64,000 bases of DNA from an uncultured Candidatus Rokubacteria bacterium (GTDB lineage: Bacteria; Methylomirabilota; Methylomirabilia; Rokubacteriales; CSP1-6): the NCBI GenBank assembly GCA_963762145.1, contig CAVXJS010000009.1, forward strand, positions 64,001 to 128,000, in the 5' to 3' direction. The notes beneath the pieces were generated by a model. The model saw nothing but the letters and a program-made list of their open reading frames with translations. It did not search any database and was not told where the DNA came from. The translations under genes and the position numbers were made by a program. Shown piece by piece: positions 19,818-29,100 of the stretch (position 1 is the stretch's first letter; every line of letters starts with the position of its first letter).

Positions 19818-20561
19818 TTGAGCGTGTTCCTGGTGACGGCCCGCGCTCACGCCGCGAAGGAGCTAGGGAGCTATGCGAGCCGACGCGACGCCCTGCTTTA
19901 TCTCACGCTCGCGGATACGGGCTTGCGCCCTGGAGAGGCACTGGCGCTCCGGTGGGAGGACTTCGACGACGCCACAGGCACCGTCAACGTCGAGCGGGCG
20001 GTGTCCCTGGGTGCCGTCAAGCCCACCAAGACCGAGGAGCGCCGCACCGTTGACTTGACTCCCCGGCTCCTCGCGGCCCTCTGCGACTGGCAGATCGCTA
20101 TCGAGGCCGATGCCTTGGCGCGTGGCCTCGAGCCGAACCCGTGGGTGTTGCCAGCCGAAAGCGGCGAGCTGCTCGACGTGAAACCCGTGTCGCGGCGCTT
20201 CCAGGGGCTGCTACGCCGGGCCAGACTCCCCAGGCATCGCCTCTACGATCTTCGTCACACCTGTGCGACGCACCTACTCGCTGAGGGCGCCCCGATCACT
20301 TATGTTGCCGCGCAGCTCGGCCACACCAAGCCAACAACGACGCTCGCGCACTACGCGCATTGGCTCCCCCGAGGGGACAGGCAGTGGGTTGAGCGGCTCG
20401 ACCGTGCTCGTGGCGGTGCGGGGGTTGGCACCGCGAGTTGGCACCAGAAGGGCCGCGAGGGATTCGCTGCTGCGGAAGTCCGTGAAAGAAATGGTGAGCC
20501 GTCTCGGGATCGAACCGAGGACCCCCTGATTAAAAGTCAGGTGCTCTACCAACTGAGCTAA
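19818..20561 (+). CDS. Tyrosine recombinase/integrase, catalytic domain only
   Basis: TGLRPGE (R), KPTKT (K), YDLRH, QLGH, HYAH (Y); N-terminal binding domains absent; ORF reads through the att core into the antisense tRNA. Confidence 0.88.
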   Translation: MSVFLVTARAHAAKELGSYASRRDALLYLTLADTGLRPGEALALRWEDFDDATGTVNVERAVSLGAVKPTKTEERRTVDLTPRLLAALCDWQIAIEADALARGLEPNPWVLPAESGELLDVKPVSRRFQGLLRRARLPRHRLYDLRHTCATHLLAEGAPITYVAAQLGHTKPTTTLAHYAHWLPRGDRQWVERLDRARGGAGVGTASWHQKGREGFAAAEVRERNGEPSRDRTEDPLIKSQVLYQLS

Positions 20562-20567
20562 CGGCTC
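20492..20567 (-). tRNA. tRNA-Lys (TTT)
   Basis: GAGCCGTTAGCTCAGTTGGTAGAGCACCTGACTTTTAATCAGGGGGTCCTCGGTTCGATCCCGAGACGGCTCACCA, 76-nt cloverleaf. Confidence 0.97.
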
Positions 20568-20629
20568 GGGTCAGGAATTCTGGGGAGTTACAGGGGCCGA
20601 GTCTACCACGCTGCGACGCCGCGCGGCCG

Positions 20630-21478
20630 CTAGCTCCTGGGCCGCGGATGCGTCAGGGGCTCGACCAGGTCGGCCATCGCGGGCGGCGTCGTCACGTCCT
20701 TGAAGTCGGCGAGCCGGCGATAGATCTCGCCGCACGCCTGATGGAAGCCGCCCGGCAGGCCGGCCGCCTCGAAGGTCGCCGCGATCTCCTCCATCTCGCC
20801 CACGAAGCGCCACGCCTTGCGCGCATTGTCGCGCGCGGCGGCCTCGGACTTCTTCGGCAGGTCGGGCTGCGAGCGATGCCACTCGGCGAGCAGCGCGTCG
20901 TCCACCCCTTCGCTCGCGGCGAGCGCGCGAACGCCCATCAGCAGCGCGGAGGTGCCCTTGGTGAAGGCGGCGTAGACCATCTTGAGCGCGGAGGCCGCAC
21001 CCGGCACGTCGTTGACCGCGATCGCCTCGAGCGCGCTCCCTTCGAAGAGCGCGACCACGCGCTTGGCCTCGCGTCCCGACAGGTAGAGACGCGTGGAGCC
21101 GGCGGTCCGGGGAGGCGGGCCGATGAGGCCGCCGTCCACGAAGGTGGCGCCGACCTGCTCGACGACGGCGCCGACCTCCCGCGCGGTGGCCGGCGCGACC
21201 GCGTTACCGTCCACGTAGAGCCCGGCGAAGCGATGGGCTGCGACCTCGCGGGCCAGGTCGAGCGCGGCGTGGGGCGGGCAGATCGACAGCACGACGTCGC
21301 TGGCCGCGAGAACCTTGGCCACGGTGCCCGCGTCCTCGAGCCCCGCCGCGGCCGCGCGGGCCCGCGTATCGGCGCTGCGCCCCGTGGCGGCCCAGAGCAC
21401 GCGCTGTCCCGCGGCGCGCGCGCACGCGCCCACGACCGCGCCCATGTCCCCCGGATGCAGCAGTCCGATCGTCATCAT
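20630..21478 (-). CDS. NAD(P)-dependent oxidoreductase (6PGDH-like N-terminus + DUF1932)
   Basis: IGLLHPGDMG, DGNAVAP, ASALKMVYA, KAWRFVGEMEEIA. Confidence 0.85.
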   Translation of the reverse strand: MMTIGLLHPGDMGAVVGACARAAGQRVLWAATGRSADTRARAAAAGLEDAGTVAKVLAASDVVLSICPPHAALDLAREVAAHRFAGLYVDGNAVAPATAREVGAVVEQVGATFVDGGLIGPPPRTAGSTRLYLSGREAKRVVALFEGSALEAIAVNDVPGAASALKMVYAAFTKGTSALLMGVRALAASEGVDDALLAEWHRSQPDLPKKSEAAARDNARKAWRFVGEMEEIAATFEAAGLPGGFHQACGEIYRRLADFKDVTTPPAMADLVEPLTHPRPRS

Positions 21479-21500
21479 CCATTCCTCCGTAGATGGCGGG

Positions 21501-21791
21501 TCACTCTTCCCCCGCGAGGTGCGCGAAGCGGCCCGACGTCGAGCGCGTGGGCAGCTCGGCCGAGCCGTGAATGGGCTTGATCTCGATCTCCCGCACTAGG
21601 TCGCCCAGCAGGACCGCGATGAGCCCGAGCATGGCGAGGGGCGGCGAGAACATCAGCGCGGCGAGGAGCCAGACGAAGAAGCCCTGCACGCCCCGGGTCG
21701 CGCCGCCCACCATGCCCACGAAGAGCGCGCCGATCACCCAGCCCGCCAGCAGCACGAGGAGCCAGAGACTCGGTTCAGCCACGGGGGCCAT
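21501..21791 (-). CDS. Small membrane protein
   Basis: Two to three hydrophobic segments. Confidence 0.55.
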   Translation of the reverse strand: MAPVAEPSLWLLVLLAGWVIGALFVGMVGGATRGVQGFFVWLLAALMFSPPLAMLGLIAVLLGDLVREIEIKPIHGSAELPTRSTSGRFAHLAGEE

Positions 21792-21841
21792 GGTACCGCA
21801 GCCCGAGCCCCCTGCCCAGCGCGCGCGGGGTGCGGCTCGAA

Positions 21842-21911
21842 TCGAGCGCGGGGTCGACCCGCGCAACCTGCGTCGGGGGGAGTTTCGGAAGGGGCGTAGC
21901 CCCTTCGAGCT
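21842..21911. repeat. Short copy of GNA-triloop intergenic repeat
   Basis: TCGAGCGCGGG..CCCGCGCAA..GGGGGGAG..CGGAAGGGGC-GTA-GCCCCTTCGA; homologous to 41745 and 63168. Confidence 0.7.
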
Positions 21912-21913
21912 GC

Positions 21914-22045
21914 TCAGCGGGCGGGGGCGCTCGTCGAGACCAGCGCCGGGTCGTCCACCGGCGTGACTTCCGCGTCGGCCATCAGGAACATTGCGAGGAT
22001 GAAGAAGGTGACGAGGATACCGAATCCGATCGACGCGCGCTTCAT
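21914..22045 (-). CDS. 43-aa single-TM microprotein
   Basis: MKRASIGFGILVTFFILAMFLMADAE..; ATGA overlap with the upstream regulator stop. Confidence 0.55.
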   Translation of the reverse strand: MKRASIGFGILVTFFILAMFLMADAEVTPVDDPALVSTSAPAR

Positions 22046-22470
22046 ACGGGGCTGATCTCCGGACGCAGGGTGCAGACGATGGTCCGCAGCTCCCGCGGGC
22101 TGATGGGTTTCTCGAGCAGGTGGGCGGCGCCGTAGCGCAGCGCCTCCGCCTGCGTGTCGGGCTGGCATTCGGCCGCGATCAGGACCATCGGGAGCGCCGG
22201 ATCCGCGGCGCGCAGGATGCGCACCAGATCCCAGCCGTCCTCCGCGATCCCGTGAGCCGGCGGCAGGTCGAGATCGATGATGGCCAGATCGAACTCGCTG
22301 TCGACGATCCTGCGGATGGCCTCCGAGCTGCCCGCCGCCGTCTCGACGGCGAACCCGCTGCCACGCAGCGCGGCGCCCAGGCCCTCGCGACTCGTGCCGT
22401 AGGGATCGACCAGCAAGAGCCGGCCTCGTCCCTCCGTCTCCGCGTCGCCGTTCAGCCCGAAGGTGGCCAT
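22042..22470 (-). CDS. Single-domain response regulator
   Basis: LLLVD, IIDLDLP..DG, EKP; atypical acidic pocket (VDPY). Confidence 0.8.
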   Translation of the reverse strand: MATFGLNGDAETEGRGRLLLVDPYGTSREGLGAALRGSGFAVETAAGSSEAIRRIVDSEFDLAIIDLDLPPAHGIAEDGWDLVRILRAADPALPMVLIAAECQPDTQAEALRYGAAHLLEKPISPRELRTIVCTLRPEISPV

Positions 22471-22494
22471 GTCGTCGAATCTCCGATTTCATAG

Positions 22495-22510
22495 GCAACC
22501 GAGGTGCCAA
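22495..22510 (-). promoter_or_regulatory. Sigma54 promoter
   Basis: TTGGCAC-CTCGG-TTGC, 25 nt upstream of ATG 22470. Confidence 0.75.
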
Positions 22511-22751
22511 CCGGCGGCGAGCTGCTGGCATGCGTGGATTCCCGGCATTCCGGTCATTTAGGGAAATTCGGGCGCCACCCGCGTGGACAGCGGGCGTCAA
22601 TCACCTGACACTTGTTGTGTAACCGTTACATCGAAACCGGTAATTTTTTCATCATCGGCGCGGACTTGCAAAGCGACGCACTGCGACGAGTAGAGGCGCC
22701 CCGCGCCGGGTTGCCGTATGCTGCGTGGAAATCCCCGCGGGAGGGTGCAAC

Positions 22752-24231
22752 ATGCGAGTGCTCCTGGTGCATCCGAGTCCGTTGATGTATTCGGAGCTGT
22801 ACCTCCGACTCGAGCCGCTCGGCCTCGAGCGCGTGGCCGCCGCCCTCGAGGCCGCTGGACACGAGGTGCGGCTGCTGGACCTGCAGATCTTCAAGCACGC
22901 CGACTACTGGCGCGAGCTGGAGACGTTCGCGCCCCAGGCGGTGGGCTTCTCGGTGAACTATCTGGCCAACGTCCCCGAGGTGGTGGACCTCGCCAAGGAG
23001 ACCAAGGCCCGGCCCGGCGCTCCCTTCATACTCGTCGGCGGCCACAGCGCGTCCTTCATCGCGTCCGAGTTCCTCGACCACGCGGCCGGCGCCATCGACT
23101 GCATCGTACGCGGCGAGGGTGAGGTCATCGCGCCGCTCGTGCTCGAGGCCATCGGCGATCCGAAGCTCGAGAGCCTGCCCGGCGTCGTCACCCGGCACGG
23201 CGCGGGTCCGAGCCCGACCCTCCTCAAGGACCTCGACCTGCACCTCGCCCGCGCGCCACCTCGGCCGGCGCCGCCACAAGTACTTCATCGGCGTGCTCGA
23301 TCCCTGCGCGTCCATCGAGTTCACGCGCGGCTGTCCCTGGGACTGCTCGTTCTGCAGCGCGTGGACCTTCTACGGGCGCAGCTACCGCAAGGGCTCGCCG
23401 GAGGCGGGGGTCGAGGACCTCGCGCGCATCCGCGAGCCCAACGTCTTCATCGTGGACGACGTCGCCTTCATCCAGGCCGAGCACGGCTTCGCGATCGCCC
23501 GCGAGATCGAGCGCCGGCGCATCCGCAAGCAGTACTACCTCGAGACGCGCTGCGACGTGCTGATCAAGAACCAGGAGCTCTTCGCGTACTGGAAGCGGCT
23601 CGGCCTCTACTACATGTTCCTCGGCATCGAAGCCCTCGACGACGATGCGCTGCGGCTGCACCGCAAGCGGGTGACCCTCAACGAGAACCTCCGGGCGCTC
23701 GAGATCGCCCGGTCGCTCGGGCTCACCGTGGCCATCAACATCATCGCGGACCCGAGCTGGGACGAGGCCCGCTTCGCCCAGGTACGCGACTGGGCACTCA
23801 CCGTCCCCGAGGTCGTGCACTTCACGGTGGCCACCCCCTATCCGGGCACGGAGCTCTGGCTGACCGAGGCCCGCCAGCTCACGTCCCGGGACTACCGCCT
23901 CTTCGACGTGCAGCACGCGGTGCTCCCCACCAAGCTCCCGCTCAAGCGGTTCTACGAGGAGCTGGTCCGGACCCAGGCCGTGCTCAACCGGAAGCACCTG
24001 GGCTGGGGCGCGGTCCGCAAGTACGGGGGGGCCGCGCTCCATGCGGCCGCCCGAGGGCAGACGAACTACCTTCGCATGCTCTGGAAGTTCAGCACCGTCT
24101 ACAACCCCGAGCGGCAGTACGGCGATCACCAGCAGCCGGTCCGTTACGAGATGCGGCCCCCGCGCCCGCTGGCCGGGGCCAAGCCCAGCAAGCAGGAGCT
24201 CTACGTCCACATGCCGGCCGCGGTCCACTAG
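22752..24231 (+). CDS. hpnR: Hopanoid C-3 methylase (B12-binding radical SAM), one frameshift near 23250
   Basis: VHPSPLMYSELYLRLEPLGLE N-terminus; RGCPWDCSFCSAWTFYGRSYR; FDVQHAVLPT; AVLNRKHLG. Confidence 0.85.
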
Positions 24232-24387
24232 TCGTGTAACCCTTACACCACTATGTAAAGTTGAGGGCCGCGCCGGCCCCTTTCCCGCCCTCAGGCGCGA
24301 TGGGTCCGTCGCGGTAATGGCCTGTAAGTAAAGGCCAGATCACGGAAATTGACGCACCGACCCTCGGTGCGTTTCCCCCGCCCCTCC

Positions 24388-24402
24388 TGGCTTATTTGTT
24401 GC
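24388..24402 (+). promoter_or_regulatory. Sigma54 promoter
   Basis: TGGC-TTATTTG-TTGC upstream of the OmpA lipoprotein gene. Confidence 0.65.
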
Positions 24403-24475
24403 TCCCCACAGGCAGGTTCGCGATACGTTGCATACGTCGTATATGTCGTCAACGCCCAACATGAGGAGGCGGTAC

Positions 24476-25111
24476 ATGCGGAAAGTCATGAAGATCGGCG
24501 TCCTGCTACCAGTGGCAGTCCTGCTGGTGTCCGGGTGCGCCACGAAGGGCTTCGTCAGGGACATGTTCGCCAAGAAGGATGTCGAGGTCGACCAGCGTTT
24601 CGTGAAGGTCGAGGGCCAGGTCGAGGGTGTCAACACCGAGGTCAAGGGCGTGACCACCCAGGTGAAGAGCCTGGAGGGCGCCGTGGCCGATGCCCGGAGC
24701 CGTGCCGACGCGGCGATGACCAAGGCTGAGGGCGTGGATACCCGCCTCACCCGCCTGTGGTCGAACCGCTACAACCAGAAGACGGCCGACACCCTGGAGG
24801 TCTATTTCGGCTTCGACAAGGCCGAGCTCACCGACGGGGCCCAGACGGCTCTGCTGGGCGTGATCAAGGAGCTACAGGGCAACCCCACCCTGGTGGTTGA
24901 GCTGGGTGGCTACACCGACCCCAAGGGCCCCGTGGACTACAACTACGGCCTGAGCCAGCGTCGGGTCGAGTCGGTGCGCCGCTTCCTCGTCGAGAAGGGC
25001 GTTCCGCTGTCCCGCGTGCAGGCGGTCGGCCTCGGGCCCATCGCGGCCAAGGAGACCCCGGACGAGAAGAAGCGCCGGGTCACCGTCAAGATGATGGTGG
25101 ATCAGGACTAG
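24476..25111 (+). CDS. OmpA-family lipoprotein with coiled-coil linker
   Basis: VSGC lipobox; VYFGFDKA, GYTD..G..YN.GLSQRR, RRV motifs; GAGGAGG RBS. Confidence 0.9.
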   Translation: MRKVMKIGVLLPVAVLLVSGCATKGFVRDMFAKKDVEVDQRFVKVEGQVEGVNTEVKGVTTQVKSLEGAVADARSRADAAMTKAEGVDTRLTRLWSNRYNQKTADTLEVYFGFDKAELTDGAQTALLGVIKELQGNPTLVVELGGYTDPKGPVDYNYGLSQRRVESVRRFLVEKGVPLSRVQAVGLGPIAAKETPDEKKRRVTVKMMVDQD

Positions 25112-25131
25112 GCAGAACCAGCCGCACGCTC

Positions 25132-25169
25132 AAAAAAGGGGGAGGGACTCGCGTCCCTTCCCCCTTTTT
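25132..25169. terminator. Bidirectional intrinsic terminator
   Basis: AAAAAAGGGGGAGGGAC-TCGC-GTCCCTTCCCCTTTTT between convergent genes. Confidence 0.8.
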
Positions 25170-27428
25170 CTATTTCTTCTCCCAGGCCGCCGGCTCGGGC
25201 ATGTTGGCCGGGTGCTCGGGGATCCGCTCGAGCTCGCTCAGCAGGAGCCCCGCCCACCGGTAGATATTGTGCTCGCGCACCCCCTCGCGCATGCGCCCCA
25301 TGCGCGCCCGCCGCTCATCGCTCGGCATCGAGACCGCGGTGCGGATGGCGTCGGCCATCCCGTCCACGTCGTAGGGATTCACCAGGATCGCGTCCCGCAG
25401 CTCCGACGACGCGCCGGTGAACTGGCTCAGGATGAGCGCCCCCTCCTCGTCGTCGCGGACGGAGATGAACTCCTTGGCGACCAGGTTCATGCCGTCGTGC
25501 AGGGAGGTCACCATGCAGAAGTCGGCGTGGCGGTAGAAGGGCCAGATGTCGCGGTGCTCGTGGTGGCGCTTCAGGTAGAGAATGGGCTTCCACCGCTTGG
25601 TCTGGTACGTCCCGTTCACCTCCTGCACCGCCGCGTCCACCTCGGCCTCCAGCGCCTGGTAGCGCGGGATGGTGCTGCGGCTCGGCGCGGCGAGCTGCAC
25701 GAAGACCACGCGCTCGCGGTACTCCGGGAAGCGCTCGAAGAAGCGGCCCAGCGCCCGGAAGCGCTCGGGCAGGCCCTTGGTGTAGTCGAGCCGCTCGACC
25801 CCGACCCCGAGGAACTCGGCGGTCGTGTCCAGGCTCTCGAGGAGCGCTTGCCGAGACGTCGTGGGCGGGTTGTCCACGAACCCGGGCGCCACGCTGATCG
25901 GGAACGGCTTGACCGACGTCACGTGCTGCCCCCGGGTGACCGAGAAGCGCTCCCAGTCGATCCGGGCCTCGATGGCCCGCTCCACCGTGTCCAGGAAGTT
26001 GTTGCAGTAGTACTGGGTGTGGAAGCCGATCAGGTCGGCGCCCAGCATGCCCAGGAGCAGCTCGTCCTGCCACGGGCAGATCGAGAAGGCCTCGAAGTTC
26101 GGCCACGGGATGTGCCAGAAGATCGCGGTGCGCGCGTCCGGGCGCTCGCGCTTGATGAGCCCGGGCAACAGCGCGAAGTGATAGTCCTGGATCAGCACCA
26201 TCGGCGATTCGGTGCCCGCGATCTCCTCGAGCACCGCGGCCGCGAACTTCTCGTTGACCGCCCGGTAGTGCGCCCAGTCTTCCGGGCGGAACAGGGGCCG
26301 GTTGTGCACGATGTGGCAGAGCGGCCACAGCCCCTCGTTGGAGAAGCCGTAGTAGTATCCGGCCTCCTCCTCCGGGGTGAGCCAGACGCGCTTGAGCGTG
26401 AACCGCGGGTCGTCGGGGGGCACGCGGAGGCGGCCCCGCGCGTCCGCGGTCTCGCGGTCCGCGTCGCCGCTGGCCTGGGCGACCCAGATGCCGCCGCAGG
26501 CGCGCATCACCGGATCCATCGCGGTGACGAGCCCGCTGGCCGGGGTGACCACCTGGATGCGGCCGTCCTTCCAGACGTGGCTGATCGGCTCCCGGTTGGA
26601 GACCACCACCAGGGGCCGCTCGCCGAGCCGCATCTTGGCGAACTGCTTGAGCCGCTCTTCCGTCCAGAGGGTCTGGCCGATCAGGCGCAGCGCGGCCTCT
26701 TCCTCGGCGGCCGCCTTGGCCCGCTGGAGGTTCTTGGCCAGCACCGTGACCTCGCGCGCGATGGGGCCGAAGAGGCTCTCGTCCGGCATCTCGGGCGGGT
26801 CGATCGCGTGGCCCCGCCGGACCGCCTTGGTCCAGCGCGCCATCTTGGCGAGCGGCTGGGTCAGGCTCATCCGGACGACCAGCAGCGCGATCAGGGCGAG
26901 CACCGCGGCCAGCACCACGAAGCGGATGGCGTTGAAGCGCCAGCGCTCCCATTCGGCCACCTTGAGATCGGAGGCGTTGAGGAACACCACGAGGGCGCCG
27001 GTGGCCTTGTCGTCGCGCAGGATCGGGTCGGCGTAGACGTAGAGGGTCTTGCCGTCGAGCTTGCGGAAGCCGGTCTGCACCGCCCCCGACGTGAGCGCCC
27101 ACGTCACCTCGGGGGGCGGCGTCTCGATCATCTGCTTGCCCACGCTCGGCGTCACCGAGATCATCGAGGCGACGCGATCGTAGACCGCGAGCTCCAGGTC
27201 CGGCTTGCTGAACTTCTTGATCAGCCGGTCGATCTGGACCTTGTTGCCGCCGCGGGCCAGCGCCGGCTCCAGCACCTCCTTGAGGCTCTCGCTCACCAGG
27301 GCGGCCCGGCGGTCGAGCTCGGAGATCAGCCGCTGCCGCTCCTCGGCGACCTGGAGATAGGCGAAGACCCCGATGACCACCAGGGACGCAACCCAGAGCG
27401 CGGCGACCAGCCGGAGCTGGAACCTCAC
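25170..27428 (-). CDS. otsA: Trehalose-6-phosphate synthase (GT20) fused to an N-terminal TM-periplasmic-TM-HAMP-like module
   Basis: [52 protein letters not shown]; two TM helices in the first ~190 aa; GTG overlaps the otsB stop. Confidence 0.9.
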   Translation of the reverse strand: MRFQLRLVAALWVASLVVIGVFAYLQVAEERQRLISELDRRAALVSESLKEVLEPALARGGNKVQIDRLIKKFSKPDLELAVYDRVASMISVTPSVGKQMIETPPPEVTWALTSGAVQTGFRKLDGKTLYVYADPILRDDKATGALVVFLNASDLKVAEWERWRFNAIRFVVLAAVLALIALLVVRMSLTQPLAKMARWTKAVRRGHAIDPPEMPDESLFGPIAREVTVLAKNLQRAKAAAEEEAALRLIGQTLWTEERLKQFAKMRLGERPLVVVSNREPISHVWKDGRIQVVTPASGLVTAMDPVMRACGGIWVAQASGDADRETADARGRLRVPPDDPRFTLKRVWLTPEEEAGYYYGFSNEGLWPLCHIVHNRPLFRPEDWAHYRAVNEKFAAAVLEEIAGTESPMVLIQDYHFALLPGLIKRERPDARTAIFWHIPWPNFEAFSICPWQDELLLGMLGADLIGFHTQYYCNNFLDTVERAIEARIDWERFSVTRGQHVTSVKPFPISVAPGFVDNPPTTSRQALLESLDTTAEFLGVGVERLDYTKGLPERFRALGRFFERFPEYRERVVFVQLAAPSRSTIPRYQALEAEVDAAVQEVNGTYQTKRWKPILYLKRHHEHRDIWPFYRHADFCMVTSLHDGMNLVAKEFISVRDDEEGALILSQFTGASSELRDAILVNPYDVDGMADAIRTAVSMPSDERRARMGRMREGVREHNIYRWAGLLLSELERIPEHPANMPEPAAWEKK

Positions 27429-28234
27429 GCGCGACTCTCCACCGCGACCCCGTCGGCGAGCAGGGCCAGGAGCTGATGGACCTCGGAGACGTCCTCCAGG
27501 CGGTACGCCGCCTTCGACGCGGGCACCGCGTCGCCGACGCGGACCGTGAGGGCCTGGCCGCTCAGCACCTCGAAGGCGTGCTCGTCGGTCCAGTCGTCGC
27601 CCAGGTAGAGCCAGAGCGCGGGCTCGGGGAGGCTCCGCCGCAGGCGCTCCTCGATCCACTGCGCGCACTCGCCCTTGGTCCAGGCCACCTGCGGCAGCAC
27701 CTCGATCACCTTGCTGCCGTGGAAGATCTTCAGCAGGCCGCCCGGCTGCTCCTGGATCGCGCGGGCCAGCTCGATCTCCACCCGGCGGATCTCGTCCGCG
27801 GCCACGTGCCGGTAGTGCACGGCCACCGCGAGGCCCTTCGTCTCGACACGCATCCCGCTCACCGCGGGGGCGCGACGGAGCAGGACGTCGCCCACCGCCC
27901 CCAGCATGGCCCGCTGGGCCAGCGCGTCCGGATGGCGGAAGGCCAGGTTCGGGCCCTCGATCTCGAGCCCGTGGCAGCCCGCGTAGATGACGTCGTCGAG
28001 CGCGACGCGGGCCCGAAGATCCTCCAGACCGCGCCCGGAGATCACCGCCACGCGGGCCCGCGGGGAGCGGGCGAGACGCCCGAGGTCCTCACGCGTCTGG
28101 GCGGCGAGGATCGCATCGGCCGGATCGTCCACGATGGGCGTGAGAGTGCCGTCGTAGTCGGTCATCAGGAGAACGCTGCCGGGGCCGGCCAGGGACTCCT
28201 CCGCCCAGCTCAGGAGACGGGCGAGATCGCTCAC
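27425..28234 (-). CDS. otsB: Trehalose-6-phosphate phosphatase (HAD)
   Basis: DYDGTL, ISGR, AGCHGLE, HYR, KG, GDDWTDE. Confidence 0.92.
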   Translation of the reverse strand: MSDLARLLSWAEESLAGPGSVLLMTDYDGTLTPIVDDPADAILAAQTREDLGRLARSPRARVAVISGRGLEDLRARVALDDVIYAGCHGLEIEGPNLAFRHPDALAQRAMLGAVGDVLLRRAPAVSGMRVETKGLAVAVHYRHVAADEIRRVEIELARAIQEQPGGLLKIFHGSKVIEVLPQVAWTKGECAQWIEERLRRSLPEPALWLYLGDDWTDEHAFEVLSGQALTVRVGDAVPASKAAYRLEDVSEVHQLLALLADGVAVESRA

Positions 28235-28348
28235 GCGCGGCGCTCCGAACCGCGGGGCGTCACCGGCTGCATCGAAACCACTCGCGCGCTCAGTATCGAC
28301 ATGGCACACGCAACTTGCGAGGACGACCGGACCAACTAGGCAAACCTC

Positions 28349-28377
28349 AGCATATCGGGCGGGCACGGGCGGGTCAA
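28349..28377 (-). promoter_or_regulatory. Sigma70 promoter of otsBA
   Basis: TTGACC-N17-TATGCT. Confidence 0.6.
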
Positions 28378-28391
28378 GAGTCGGGGCGCCC

Positions 28392-28925
28392 TCAGGTCCG
28401 CGGATACGGGTCCCCGCTGCGGGCGAGGGCTCGCATCGCGCCGTCCAGGATCTGCGCCGTGGAGCCGGCGAGTCCCCAGTTGCCGCCGTACGCGTAGTAG
28501 TGCGAGTACCCGCCCTCGTCCAGCCGAGCCAGGAGGCCCTCCCCGCTTTCCTGGATCAGCAGCAGCACACGCTCGCTGCGGCAGGTCGCCGGCACGCAGC
28601 CAGTCACCGCGACGTAGTTCGCGTCGCCGACTCGCACGCCGCGCGGGGGCTCCGTGCGACCGAAGTAGGCGGCGGCACCCTTCGTGATCTTGCCACGGCC
28701 TTCCGCGGTGGGCGTCCAGTCGGCGCCGAAGAGGTTGCGGATCTTGTCTCGGAGCTGCGGATTGGTGACGACCTCTTCCCCGGTACGACCGAAGGTGGCC
28801 TCGCGAGGCCCCGGCTCGAGCACGCCGGCCATCGGCGGTGGCGGCGTCCCCGCCGGCGGATCGATCGTGCAGGCCGCGATGAGCGCGCCCAGAGCCAGCG
28901 TGAATCCCAGGAGCCCGCTGCGCAT
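28392..28925 (-). CDS. Hypothetical lipoprotein
   Basis: IAAC lipobox; GC-x-x-x-C pair; GGAGGGAG RBS. Confidence 0.7.
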   Translation of the reverse strand: MRSGLLGFTLALGALIAACTIDPPAGTPPPPMAGVLEPGPREATFGRTGEEVVTNPQLRDKIRNLFGADWTPTAEGRGKITKGAAAYFGRTEPPRGVRVGDANYVAVTGCVPATCRSERVLLLIQESGEGLLARLDEGGYSHYYAYGGNWGLAGSTAQILDGAMRALARSGDPYPRT

Positions 28926-28970
28926 GATGGTTCTCCCTCCGGCGAATTGGTGACCGTCCCGGGAAAAGCG

Positions 28971-28986
28971 GCAACCCCCATGCCAC
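28971..28986 (-). promoter_or_regulatory. Sigma54 promoter
   Basis: TGGCAT-GGGGG-TTGC, 45 nt upstream of ATG 28925. Confidence 0.7.
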
Positions 28987-29100
28987 GAGGCATCGGGCCG
29001 CGAAGCCTTTCGGCGCAGGGGTTTGGAGTGAATCTTCCTGATCACATCGGAACACAGCCGGTAAGACTTACCGGCATCGGAAGCTTTTACGTCCATGACT

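Larger units (their letters stand above)
15582..20536. mobile_element. About 4.9-kb integrative element/genomic islet in tRNA-Lys
   Basis: Flanking 45-bp direct repeats, tyrosine integrase next to the tRNA, visibly lower GC, many short ORFs. Confidence 0.9.

Noticed and set aside
28301-28320. TGGCAC..TTGC sigma54-like site
   Set aside because: The spacer is 2 nt too long and it faces away from otsB.
29057-29075. Palindrome read as an intrinsic terminator of the kinase operon
   Set aside because: One-base loop and no U-tract; it shares its core with two other promoter-proximal palindromes, so a protein-binding site fits better.
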